DNA of 64,000 nucleotides, from positions 50,966,001 through 51,030,000 of the forward strand of contig NC_086108.1 of NCBI RefSeq assembly GCF_963921235.1, in the 5' to 3' direction. Shown here piece after piece: positions 39,501-47,357 of the stretch (within the stretch, counting starts at the first letter, position 1; the number at the start of each line of letters is the position of its first letter). A program made the translations under genes and the position numbers. The notes under the pieces are model-generated. The model did no database searches, had not been told where the DNA came from, and saw only the letters and a list, made by a program, of their open reading frames with translations. The DNA comes from Mobula hypostoma (lineage: Eukaryota).

Positions 39501-42500
39501 ATCCGATCCCTCAGAATACCTTCCAATAACTTTCCGATGACTGATGTCACACTCAGTCTTATAAATTACTGATTTATTTTTAGAGCTTTTCTTGAACAGC
39601 AGAACAAAACTGGCTATCCTCCAATCCTCTGGTATCTCTCCTGTCATTAAGGGTTGTTTACTTATCTCTGCTAGGACCCCAGCATTTCTGCACTTGCTTC
39701 TTGTAGGGTCCGAGAGAACACCTTATCAGGCCCTGGGGAGTTATTCACCCTAGGTTGCCTCAAGACAGCAAATACCTCCTCCTCTGTAATCTGTATAGGG
39801 TCCACGAAGTTGATGCCGCTTTGCCTCATTTCTATAGACTCTGTGTCATTATCCTGAGTAAATACAGATGCAAAAAATTTATTTAAGATCTTCCCCCATC
39901 TCTTTTGGCTCCACACATGGATTACTGTTCTGATCTTTCAGAGGACCAGTTTTGTCCCTTGCAATTTTTTTGCTCTTAACACATCTGTAGAATTCTTTAG
40001 GATTTTCTTACACCTTGTCTCCTACACCATGCCTTCTTTTAGCCTTCCTGATTTCCTTAAGTGCTCTCTTGCATTTCTTATACTCCATAAGCACTTCAAT
40101 TGTTCCTACCTGCCTATACCTGCTATGCATCTTTTTTTTAAAAAACTTTAGCAGGGCCTCAATATCTCTTCAAAACCAAAGTTCCCTACATTTGTAATCT
40201 TTACCTTTTATTCTAATAGGCACGTACAAGCTTTGTACTCTCAAAATTTTACTTTTGAAGACCTCCCGCTTACCAAGTACACTTTTGCCAGAAAACAGTC
40301 TATCCCAATCCATACTTGTTTAGTTTCTGCTATCATTGAAATTGGCATTTTTCACAGACCAGACCAATCTTTACTTTCAAACAAATGACATTGTGATCAC
40401 TACATGCAAAGTGTTCCCCTACACAAACTACTGTCACCTGCCCTGTCTCCTTCTCCAATAGCAGATCAAGTATTGTGTATTTCGCACTGGAATTTCTACA
40501 TACTGATTGAGGAAACTTACTTGAACATGTTTGACAAACTCTATCCTTTTTGCAGTATGGAGTCCTAGGCAATATGTGGAAAGTTAAGACCACCTACTAT
40601 AAGACCTCATGTTTCTTGTAACAGTCTGTGATTTCTCTGCAAAGTTACTCCTCTCAATGTCTTGGACTGTTGGGCGGTCTGTAAAATAGCCCCATTAGCG
40701 TCGTTATACCTTTCGTGTTTCTTAGTTCCACCAACAACACCTGTTCTGACGGAGCACTACGATGACATTTTCCAACTATCAACACCACCCCTCCTTTAAT
40801 CCCTCCTGTTCTGTTGCATCTAAAACAATGGAACCCTGGAATACTGAGCTGCCAGTCCTGCCCCTCTTGCAACCAAGTCTCACCGATGGCTGCAATATTA
40901 TTACTCCAGGTGTTGATCCATGTCCTAAGCTCATCTGCCTTTCTTACAATACATCTTACACTGAAATACATGCAGCTCAAGACAATAGTTGCCTCACGCT
41001 CAGCGTTTTAGTTCCTGACTTCGCCTGAGATCTTAACAACATGTCTCCACAACCTCGTCACTAACTGTTCTGGCACTCTAGTTCCCATCCCCATGCAACA
41101 ATAATTTAAACTCACAAACACAAGAAAATCTGCAGATGCTGGAAATCCAAAGCAACAAACACAAAATGCTGGAGGAACTCAGCAGGCCAGGCAGCATATA
41201 TGGAAGAGAGCAAACAGTCAACATTTCAGACTGAGACTCTTCACCAGGACCAGAAAGAAAGATCTCAGCACAAATTGTTGACTGATAACACTTTTCCATA
41301 GATGCTGCCTGGCCTGCTTAGATCCTCCAGCATTTGTGTGTGTTCCTCTAGTTTAAACTCCCCCGTGCAGCAGTAGTAAACCTTCCCACTGAGATATCAG
41401 TCCCCTTCCAGTTCAAGTGCAAACCATCACTTCTGTACAGGTCCCAACTTCCCTGGAAGAGCGCCCAATGATCCAAAAATCTTATGCAGCCCCTCCTACA
41501 GCCACGCCTCAGCCACTTGTTAAACTGCATAATCTTCCTATTTCTGGCCTCACTAGCACATGGCACTATTAGCAATCCTGAGATCACAACCCTGGAGGTC
41601 CTGCCCTTTAACTTAGCACCTAACTCCCTGAACTCACTTTGCAACACCTCATCAATCTTCCTACCTATGTTATTGGTACCTATGTGGACCACGACCTCTG
41701 CTTGTTCCCCCTCTGACTTAAGAATGCTGAGGACTCAACCCGAGATGTCCCGGATCTGGGAGGCAATATACCATCCAGGAATCTCATTCTCATCCACAGA
41801 ACCTCCTTTCTGTTCTCCTAACAAATCCCCTATCACCACAGCTCACCTCTTCTCCCCCACATCCTTAATAGTGCCCCAATATCCCCAATCTATCTTTGTC
41901 CAATCCAATGATGACGCTCTGCTTGCCCGTCTTGCTTTAATTTGTTCTTGCCAATCAATCCCAAACGCTGATTGGCTGGTCCTCAAAGCTCCAAACTGCC
42001 ATGAGTCACTAATTTTTCTACTCAATCGGCGAAACTAAATGAAGTACATCTTCTCAGGCTTCCGATATCTCCGATTAGGCACTGCTCAAATTGTAAGAAC
42101 GTTACTTTCAATGTACATCACCTCTGACTGTGTTACATGACACTGATTGCCATGTGGTGCATGGCCAGTTAGTTTGATCAATTCTACTACCAAACTCGTG
42201 GACAAACATCTCATGGTCAATCTGACCAATCTGCTTTATTCACTTGTATAACATTTGATAGCTATGAATTGTTTACATGGTGAATTTTCACAGCCTGATT
42301 AGACTTGTATGGTGAACTGTAAACTGAGAAATATCTGACAATTATAGTTTAAGTAGGTTGAAACTCATTGTGATTTACCCCTTTGAAGCATGTCTGTACC
42401 TATTCACTCTTTGTAGAAGTTTTAATATGTTCAGTTCTGACATTCTAGAAACCCTTGCACATGTTACTTTCAAACACTTTGATTACCAAAATTGAGTATA

Positions 42501-43066
42501 ATCCAAAAATGCCAATTGAAAAACTCAGCTTTACTTTCCTTCACTCAAACTCTCAAGTTTGAAATGCGTATGATCAGAAACCAAGCACATATTCATGCAC
42601 TTAAAATAGTGCTTGTGAATCCTTTCTCTTAAGGCCAGGGAAACTGTTGTCTGGTATCTGTGATATTCATACTCTATGCACTCAGATTTTCATCATGAAG
42701 GATTACTGAAAACTCAGCACAAAATATTCAATTATGTTAATAAGACAATGAATGTGTGACTATGTTACCAGTAATTTATTGAGGGAATGAGGTTGATGGG
42801 ATTGCTGTGACAGCCAGAGTTGACTGATGGACCAAACAGCCTCCTCTAATATTAAAAGGAAATAAAAAATATGTAAGCTCATATTTATCTATTTTTAAGG
42901 AATTCTAGTTTTAAAGCTATTTAATCATTTTTTACATGCGAACAGCATATTGTTGTTCAGCACTTACTTGCCCTAGCAAAATGCCAGTGGTCCCATATCG
43001 TTCTTCTGCCTTCAGCTTTTTAAGATACTTCTCACTGTATTCTCCGATGATGTAAGATTTTCCCAT
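6508..43066 (-). CDS. ODR4: ODR4 homolog (GPCR maturation/ER membrane factor), spliced CDS; 10 coding exons in window, 3' exons outside
   Basis: Join of 43066-42968, 32515-32384, 29877-29779, 23520-23414, 21134-21098, 18177-18043, 13371-13276, 12913-12872, 8688-8560, 6589-6508 gives an open frame with GT-AG introns and matching phases. Motifs [80 protein letters not shown] match vertebrate ODR4 as I recall it. Confidence 0.93.
6907..7546. mobile_element. Non-autonomous PIF/Harbinger-like DNA transposon
   Basis: TIRs ggctatgtccacactagaccgtata / tatccggtctagtgtggacgtag; TTA precedes left end; right terminal CC and TSD missing. Confidence 0.75.
8312..8392. mobile_element. 81-bp hAT (Charlie-like) MITE
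   Basis: TIRs taggggttccaaac / gttgggaacctctg; perfect 8-bp TSD TTCTAGAG at 8304-8311 and 8393-8400. Confidence 0.85.
8560..8688 (-). CDS. ODR4: ODR4 coding exon 9 (VPTSPED...[23 protein letters not shown])
   Basis: Acceptor tacttttaag, donor CAG/gtatga; 129 nt. Confidence 0.93.
9288..12225 (+). mobile_element. Near-full-length CR1/L2-superclade (Jockey-like RT) LINE, disrupted
   Basis: APE ([18 protein letters not shown]) and RT ([17 protein letters not shown]) fragments; 3' gggcaataaatgc tail; flanked by the tail (~9205-9287) and head (~12230-12297) of a minus-strand tRNA SINE. Confidence 0.82.
12428..12465 (+). ncRNA. Minimal type-I hammerhead ribozyme motif (consensus-intact)
   Basis: UAGUC-CUGACGA-AGG(GUCUCGG)CCU-GAAA-CG-UC/GACUG: helix I, conserved core, helix II, palindromic ACGU helix III, GUC cleavage triplet. 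Confidence 0.78.
12430..12526 (+). mobile_element. Penelope-like element terminal remnant with 9-bp TSD
   Basis: TSD taagagata at 12421-12429 and 12527-12535; typical gatgctgc.tggcctgctg.gttc.ccagca body. Confidence 0.8.
12872..12913 (-). CDS. ODR4: ODR4 coding exon 8 ([14 protein letters not shown])
   Basis: Acceptor tattttcacag, donor CCT/gttagt; 42 nt, phase 0-0; fills the expected position between exons 7 and 9. Confidence 0.72.
13276..13371 (-). CDS. ODR4: ODR4 coding exon 7 ([32 protein letters not shown])
   Basis: Acceptor ccttccttag, donor TTG/gtaaga; 96 nt. Confidence 0.88.
13945..14165. mobile_element. Penelope-like remnant, inverted pair, degraded hammerhead
   Basis: Minus arm then plus arm of the same terminal repeat; cagtcctgat...cccaaattgtcaactg relic. 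Confidence 0.65.
15230..17018 (-). mobile_element. CR1 LINE, 5'-truncated
   Basis: ORFs 16482-17006, 15906-16268, 15540-15800 ([28 protein letters not shown]). Confidence 0.92.
18043..18177 (-). CDS. ODR4: ODR4 coding exon 6 ([11 protein letters not shown]...[10 protein letters not shown]...DKGPS)
   Basis: Acceptor ttgtattttaaag, donor TCG/gtatac; 135 nt. Confidence 0.82.
18619..20520 (-). mobile_element. CR1 LINE, 5'-truncated (same subfamily as 15230-17018)
   Basis: ORFs 19946-20386, 19526-19888, 19260-19658; near-identical to the previous copy. Confidence 0.92.
20521..20985 (-). mobile_element. Rex1/Babar-type LINE RT fragment
   Basis: [35 protein letters not shown]. Confidence 0.85.
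21098..21134 (-). CDS. ODR4: ODR4 coding exon 5 ((K)[12 protein letters not shown])
   Basis: Acceptor ctttacgtacag, donor CAG/gtaaga; 37 nt restores frame. Confidence 0.88.
21160..21541 (+). mobile_element. Penelope-like terminal repeat remnant (CT-rich, degraded hammerhead)
   Basis: Short inverted aacaagagattctgcagatgct, pyrimidine-rich body, cctaatgaagggttttggcctgaaacgtgact. Confidence 0.7.
23093..23306. mobile_element. Palindromic Penelope-like insertion with 13-bp TSD
   Basis: TSD agtatatcaaaaa at 23080-23092 and 23307-23319; 85-bp inverted arms 23135-23219 / 23222-23306. Confidence 0.88.
23187..23224 (-). ncRNA. Minimal type-I hammerhead ribozyme motif on the ODR4 sense strand (consensus-intact)
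   Basis: Minus strand reads CAGUC-CUGACGA-AGGGUCUCGGCCU-GAAACGUC-GACUG, with a perfect 5-bp helix I. Confidence 0.78.
23414..23520 (-). CDS. ODR4: ODR4 coding exon 4 ([35 protein letters not shown])
   Basis: Acceptor ttttgcactgcag, donor AA/gtatcc; 107 nt, ends in phase 2. Confidence 0.9.
24270..24665 (+). mobile_element. Old 3' fragment of the 9288-12225 LINE family
   Basis: Degenerate match ending aataaatgctggccttgcc. Confidence 0.55.
24755..24885 (-). mobile_element. Penelope-like terminal remnant, degraded hammerhead
   Basis: acaagagattctgcagatgctgg...tttcaggccgagacctttcatc. Confidence 0.7.
24886..25835 (-). mobile_element. CR1 LINE 3' fragment
   Basis: [34 protein letters not shown]1 tail. 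Confidence 0.85.
27000..28028 (+). mobile_element. Rex1/Babar-type LINE 3' kb (RT C-terminus plus DUF1891-like region)
   Basis: ORF 26904-27623 ([45 protein letters not shown]); (ctgatt)n tail. Confidence 0.9.
28035..28420 (-). mobile_element. RTE-clade LINE endonuclease fragment
   Basis: Minus translation resembles [16 protein letters not shown]....TNTLF....KFKASWQ.PRSK..HLI. Confidence 0.65.
28560..29090 (+). mobile_element. Degraded CR1 3' fragment
   Basis: aggatgttgcctggga, gatgacctgattgag, tttcacccaaagggtag motifs. Confidence 0.6.
29779..29877 (-). CDS. ODR4: ODR4 coding exon 3 ([33 protein letters not shown])
   Basis: Acceptor cattacag, donor AAA/gtgagt; hallmark RMLPGG motif; 99 nt. 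Confidence 0.95.
29895..30074. mobile_element. Inverted-pair Penelope-like remnant with 11-bp TSD
   Basis: TSD tgtatgagaaa at 29884-29894 and 30075-30085; imperfect inverted arms centred near 30000. Confidence 0.75.
30130..30487 (+). mobile_element. Non-autonomous retroposon 3' part with (gaaccatt)n tail
   Basis: G-rich body; tttcaggttgtacactgcatacattctctgaaccattgaaccat end. Confidence 0.5.
32384..32515 (-). CDS. ODR4: ODR4 coding exon 2 ([15 protein letters not shown]...EWVSEHARQ)
   Basis: Acceptor ttcattttcag, donor CAG/gttagt; 132 nt. Confidence 0.92.
32882..33007 (+). mobile_element. Penelope-like remnant with 11-bp TSD; hammerhead core mutated (CUGGCGA)
   Basis: TSD acaagtattgt at 32871-32881 and 33008-33018; motif at 32908-32945. 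Confidence 0.8.
33560..33847 (+). repeat. Gypsy 5' LTR
   Basis: tgtggtg...cgctaca with internal AATAAA. Confidence 0.95.
33850..33861 (+). promoter_or_regulatory. Primer binding site complementary to tRNA-Trp 3' end
   Basis: TGGTGACCCCGA just after the 5' LTR, complementary to ...UCGGGGUCACCA. Confidence 0.85.
35942..36709 (+). mobile_element. Tx1-type (L1 clade) LINE 3' end inserted in Gypsy pol
   Basis: ORF 36095-36598 with [17 protein letters not shown] zinc knuckle; AATAAA and poly(A); TSD agaacgg at 35935-35941 and 36710-36716. Confidence 0.88.
38389..38671 (+). repeat. Gypsy 3' LTR, preceded by a G-rich polypurine tract
   Basis: Direct repeat of 33560-33847; G-run at 38372-38378. Confidence 0.95.
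41114..41347. mobile_element. Inverted-pair Penelope-like remnant inside CR1
   Basis: Minus then plus arms; tttaaactc on both sides (probable TSD); degraded hammerhead. Confidence 0.72.
42968..43066 (-). CDS. ODR4: ODR4 coding exon 1 ([33 protein letters not shown])
   Basis: ATG in context ATCATGG; donor CAA/gtaagt; 99 nt. Confidence 0.88.
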
Positions 43067-44044
43067 GATGAAACGCCCCTGGTGAACTGATCCAATTCTC
43101 ACACAAAGGAGCCTTCACTCTTCTTTTAGATAAACAAATAACACATTTAAAATACCAAATTGTAACTATAGAAAATTAAGAAATTAAACTCAGAACAATA
43201 ATCATTATTAACAATGTGTTTTCACAATACTACAACTTTCCTTTAATAGGTAAAACTTGTCCTGTTGTTATTTCTATTTTCCAGCACCTGCAGTATTTAC
43301 CTTTTGTAGCATCACTTGCACTGTTAGGCTGGGCATCAACTTTATAAGTTCTCAAACTTTCCCAAGGTGTTACTTCTTCCAATTTTTGTAGTTTTCACAC
43401 AAGTAGGAACTCACAATTCTCTGATATCCCTTCTTGCCCCCAATTCTGACCTGGAATCCAGGTATTAATTGCAACCATACTTTCAACTGCCAAGGCGGAA
43501 AAATGCAGAATTCCCAACCCAGATCATTACCTATTTTTCTGTCCATTTCTTCTCCTTTAATTTGTCTATCAAGCCTATTTCTTTGATGAAAATTTTGATG
43601 AACTACTCTAATTAAAGTTCAAAGTAAAATTTATTTTCAGAGTACTTACATGTCACCACATACAACCCTGAGATTCCTTTTCTGTGGGCATACTTAGCAA
43701 ATCTACAGAACAGTAACTGCAAACAGGATCTGTAAACTGTAAGCATCAGGAACTGTAAACTGTAAACAAACTGCAAATGCATATATAAATAAATAGCAAT
43801 AAATAATGAGCGTAACAATATAACAGAGACCTTAAATGAGTGTAGCTATCCCCTTTTGTTCAAGAGCCTGAAGGCTGGACCTGGTGGTGAGTCCTAAGGC
43901 ACCCATACCTTCTACCTGATGGAAGCAGCAAGAAAAGAGCATGGCCTGGGTGGTGAAGTTCTTTGATGATGGATGCTGCTTTTCTATGGCAACTTTTCAC
44001 ATAGATATGCTACATGGGAAGGTTTTACTTGTGATGTACTGAAC

Positions 44045-45932
44045 TTAGAAATTTAGAGCATATTACAGGCCTTTTAGCCCACCATGTTGTGCCAGCCATG
44101 TAACCCACTCTAGAAACTGCCTAGAATTTCCCCACAGCATTGCCCTCTATTTTTCTAAGCTCCATGTACCTAAGAGGTGCTTAAAAGACCCTATTGTATC
44201 TGCTTTGACCACCACCACCGGCACTGCATTCCACGCACCCACCACTCTCTGTGTGAAAAACTTAACTCCTGACATATGGTATGTTGGCATTCATCAACCG
44301 CAGGATTGAGTTCAAGATATGTGAGGTGATTAGATTAGATTATGAGGACATGCAGTCCTCTTTTATTGTCATTTAGTAATGCATGCAATTCCCAAGCACC
44401 TTAAAACCATGCCCCCTCGTGTTAGCCATTTCAGTCCTGGGGAAAAAGCCTCTGGCTAGCCACATGATCAATGCCCCTCATCATCTTAAACACCTCTATC
44501 ATGTCACCTCTCATCCTCCATCACTCCAATGAGAAAGGGCCAAGTACACTCAACCTAGTCTCATAAGGTATGCCCTTCAAACCAGGCAACATCCTTGTAA
44601 ATCTCCTCTGCACTCTCTCTATAGCATCCACATCCTTCCTGCAGCAAGGTGACCAGAACTGAACACAGTACCAAGTGGGGTCTGACCAAGGTCTTATATA
44701 GCTGTAACTGGAGGAGGAGAAGATGGCAGCGTGACGCAGCGCGCGTAGCCTCTCCGGTGAATTATCGTATTTGTAAGTAGGATGCCGTGCACAATTCTGA
44801 TTTGATGGAGATAGCCGTGAGAGCACGGAGGAATACCTGGATTAACTTCTGAAATGCCCGGTTTGCTGCTGCTGCTACTGTGCGATCGAGAATCTCCAGA
44901 GGGAAGGCCCCAAAATCCTCGGCTTTGCTTGCTGCTGGCGACCGGGGCTGAGGTCGAAGCGTTCGGCAGAGATGGTGCTCAGTGTCCGAGGGCTGGTCGG
45001 AGCTCGAAGTTTTCGGACAACTCAGAGTCGGACTGTGGTTGGGTATGGCAGGGAGAGTTTTCTTCCTTCTCCCGTCTGCGTGAGATGTGGGACTTTCGAG
45101 AGACTTTGAACTTTCTGCCGTGCTCACAGCTTGTTCTTCATCAAGTTATGGTATTGTTTGCATTGTTGTAACTTCATGTTATAATTATGTGGTTTTTGTC
45201 AGTTTTTCAGTCTTGGTCTGTCCTGTGTTTCTGTGATATCACCAGAGGAATATTGTATCATTTCTTAATGCATGCATTACTAAATGACAATAAAAGAGGA
45301 CTGCATGTTTTCATAATCTAATCTAATCACCTCACGTATCTTGAACTCAATCCTGCGGTTGATGAATGCCAACATACCATATGCCTTCTTAACACTGTCA
45401 ACCTGCGCAGCAGCTTTGAGTGTCCTATCGGCATGTATCCCAAGATCTCTCAGACCCTCCACAATGCCAAGAGTCTTACCAATTATATTATATTCTGTCT
45501 TCAAATTGGACCTACCAAAATGAACCACTTCACACTTATCTGGGTTGAAGTCCATCTGCCACTTCTCAGTCCAGTTCTGTATCCTATCGATGTCCCTCTG
45601 TAACCTCTGACAACCCTCCAGACTATCCACAACACCCCCAACTTTTGTGTCATCAGCAAAATTACTAACCCACCCTTCCACTTCTTCATACAGGTCATTT
45701 ATAAAAATCACAGAGCAGGGGACCCAGAACAGATCCCTGTAGAACACCATTGGTCACCGACCTCCATGCAGAATACAAACTACCTACAACCACCCTCTGC
45801 CTTCTGTTTTCAAGCCAATTCTCGATCCACAAAGCAAGATCTCCTTGGATCCCATGTCTCCTTACTTTCTGAAGAAGCCATGCATGGGGGATCTTATCAA
45901 ATGCCTTACTGAAATCCATACATTCACTGCTC
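44045..45932 (-). mobile_element. CR1 LINE, 5'-truncated, nested in the Rex-type LINE
   Basis: ORFs 45695-45919, 45280-45750; same subfamily as 15230-17018. Confidence 0.85.
44709..45328 (+). mobile_element. ~620-bp non-autonomous retroposon (AAGATGGC head, CpG-rich body, (TAATC)n tail)
   Basis: Interrupts CR1 at gctgtaac|acctc; tgacaataaaag signal then taatctaatctaatc; no Pol III boxes or TE ORF recognised. Confidence 0.7.
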
Positions 45933-47357
45933 TACTGGGTTGAATCCACTACCTTTAGTAGGATTTTCCATTCAAAGGCTTTAGTGTTCCCATACCAGAT
46001 CATAATGCAGCCAGTCAGCACACTTTCCACCACACATCTATAGAAGTTTGCCAAGGTTTTTGATGATGTGCCGAATCTCCACAGACTCCTGAGGAAGTAG
46101 AGGCGTTATCATGCTTTCTTTGCAATTATATTTATATGATGGGTCCAGGACAGGTCCTCTAAGATAGTGACACTCAGGAATTTAAAGTTACTGACCCTCA
46201 CCACCTCTGATCCTCCAATGATCACTGGCTCATGGATCTCTGGTTCCCCTCTCCTGAAACCTAGTAACATTTCCTTGGTCTTACTGACATCAAGTTGGAG
46301 GTTGTTGTTATTACAACACTCAGCCGAATCATCTCCCTCCTGTATGCTGATTGTTTACCACCTTTGATAAAGCCCACAACAGCAGTGTCATCAGCAAATT
46401 TATATATGGTGTTGGAGCTGAACTTAGCCATACATTCACAGGTGTAAAGCAGGTAGAACAGGGGACTAAGTACACATCCCTGCGATACCACTGTGCTGAT
46501 GGTGATTGTGGAGGAGATGATTTTGCCAATCCGAACTGATTGGGGTCTACAAGTGAGAAAATCCAGGATCCAATTGCACTAAGAGGGTATTGAGGCCCAG
46601 GGCTTGGAGTTTACTGATCAGTTTTAGGGGGAAGATGGTGTTAACTACTGAGCTGTAAGCAATAGAGCATCCTGATATATGCATCTTTGCTGTCCACATG
46701 TTCCAGGGTTGTGTGAAGAGCCAATGAGATGGCATCTGCTGTAGACCTGTTGCTTCGACAGGCAAACTACAGCGGATGCAAGTCACCACTCAGACAGGAA
46801 CTGATATACTTCAACACCAGCCTCTCAAAACACTTCATCAATGTGGATGTAAGGGCAACTGGGCAATAGTCATCTAGACAGGTTACCACGCTCTTCTTCA
46901 AGCCTGCTTTAAATAGGTGGGTACAGCACATTGCTGGAGCAAGAGGTTGAATATATTTGTAAATACACCAGCCAGTTGGTCGGCACAGGTCTTCAGTATT
47001 TGGCCAGAACTTTATCCGGACTAGATGCTTTTTCTGGATTCACTTTCTTGAAGGCAGCCCACACGTCATTTACAGATACTAAGACCAAAGGATCATTGGA
47101 GCATATGGGGGTGCACGATGATTCCTCCCTGTTCTGGTGATTAAAGTGAGCATAGAAGGCATTGAGCTCAAATGGAAGCGAAGTTCTGCCATTCTCCTAT
47201 GTTGCAAGATTTAACTTTGCAGGAGGTTACGACATTCACACCTTACCACAGCTGTCAAGCATCCCTCATTGATTCCAGTCTCGTCTGGAATCTCCACTTT
47301 GTCTGAAAGATGGCTATCCAGAGATCATACCTGCACCTCTTGTAGCATACTTTTATT

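Larger units (their letters stand above)
33075..41860 (-). mobile_element. Near-full-length CR1 LINE (ORF1 SGNH esterase, APE, RT), split by Gypsy and Penelope-like insertions
   Basis: ORF 41348-41692 (VHIGTNN, DGLHLN), 40654-40980 ([13 protein letters not shown]), RT remnants 38676-40000, 3' end 33075-33555; host sequence resumes across the CAAC TSD. Confidence 0.85.
43615..47345 (-). mobile_element. Rex1/Babar-type LINE interrupted by CR1
   Basis: 3' end 43615-44040 and RT 45936-47345 (QGCVLSP, KFADDT); continuous across the insertion (tactg on both sides). Confidence 0.78.

Noticed and set aside
41348..41692. SGNH/GDSL esterase-like ORF as a host or horizontally acquired gene
   Set aside because: It lies in the ORF1 position of a CR1 element, where esterase domains are known.
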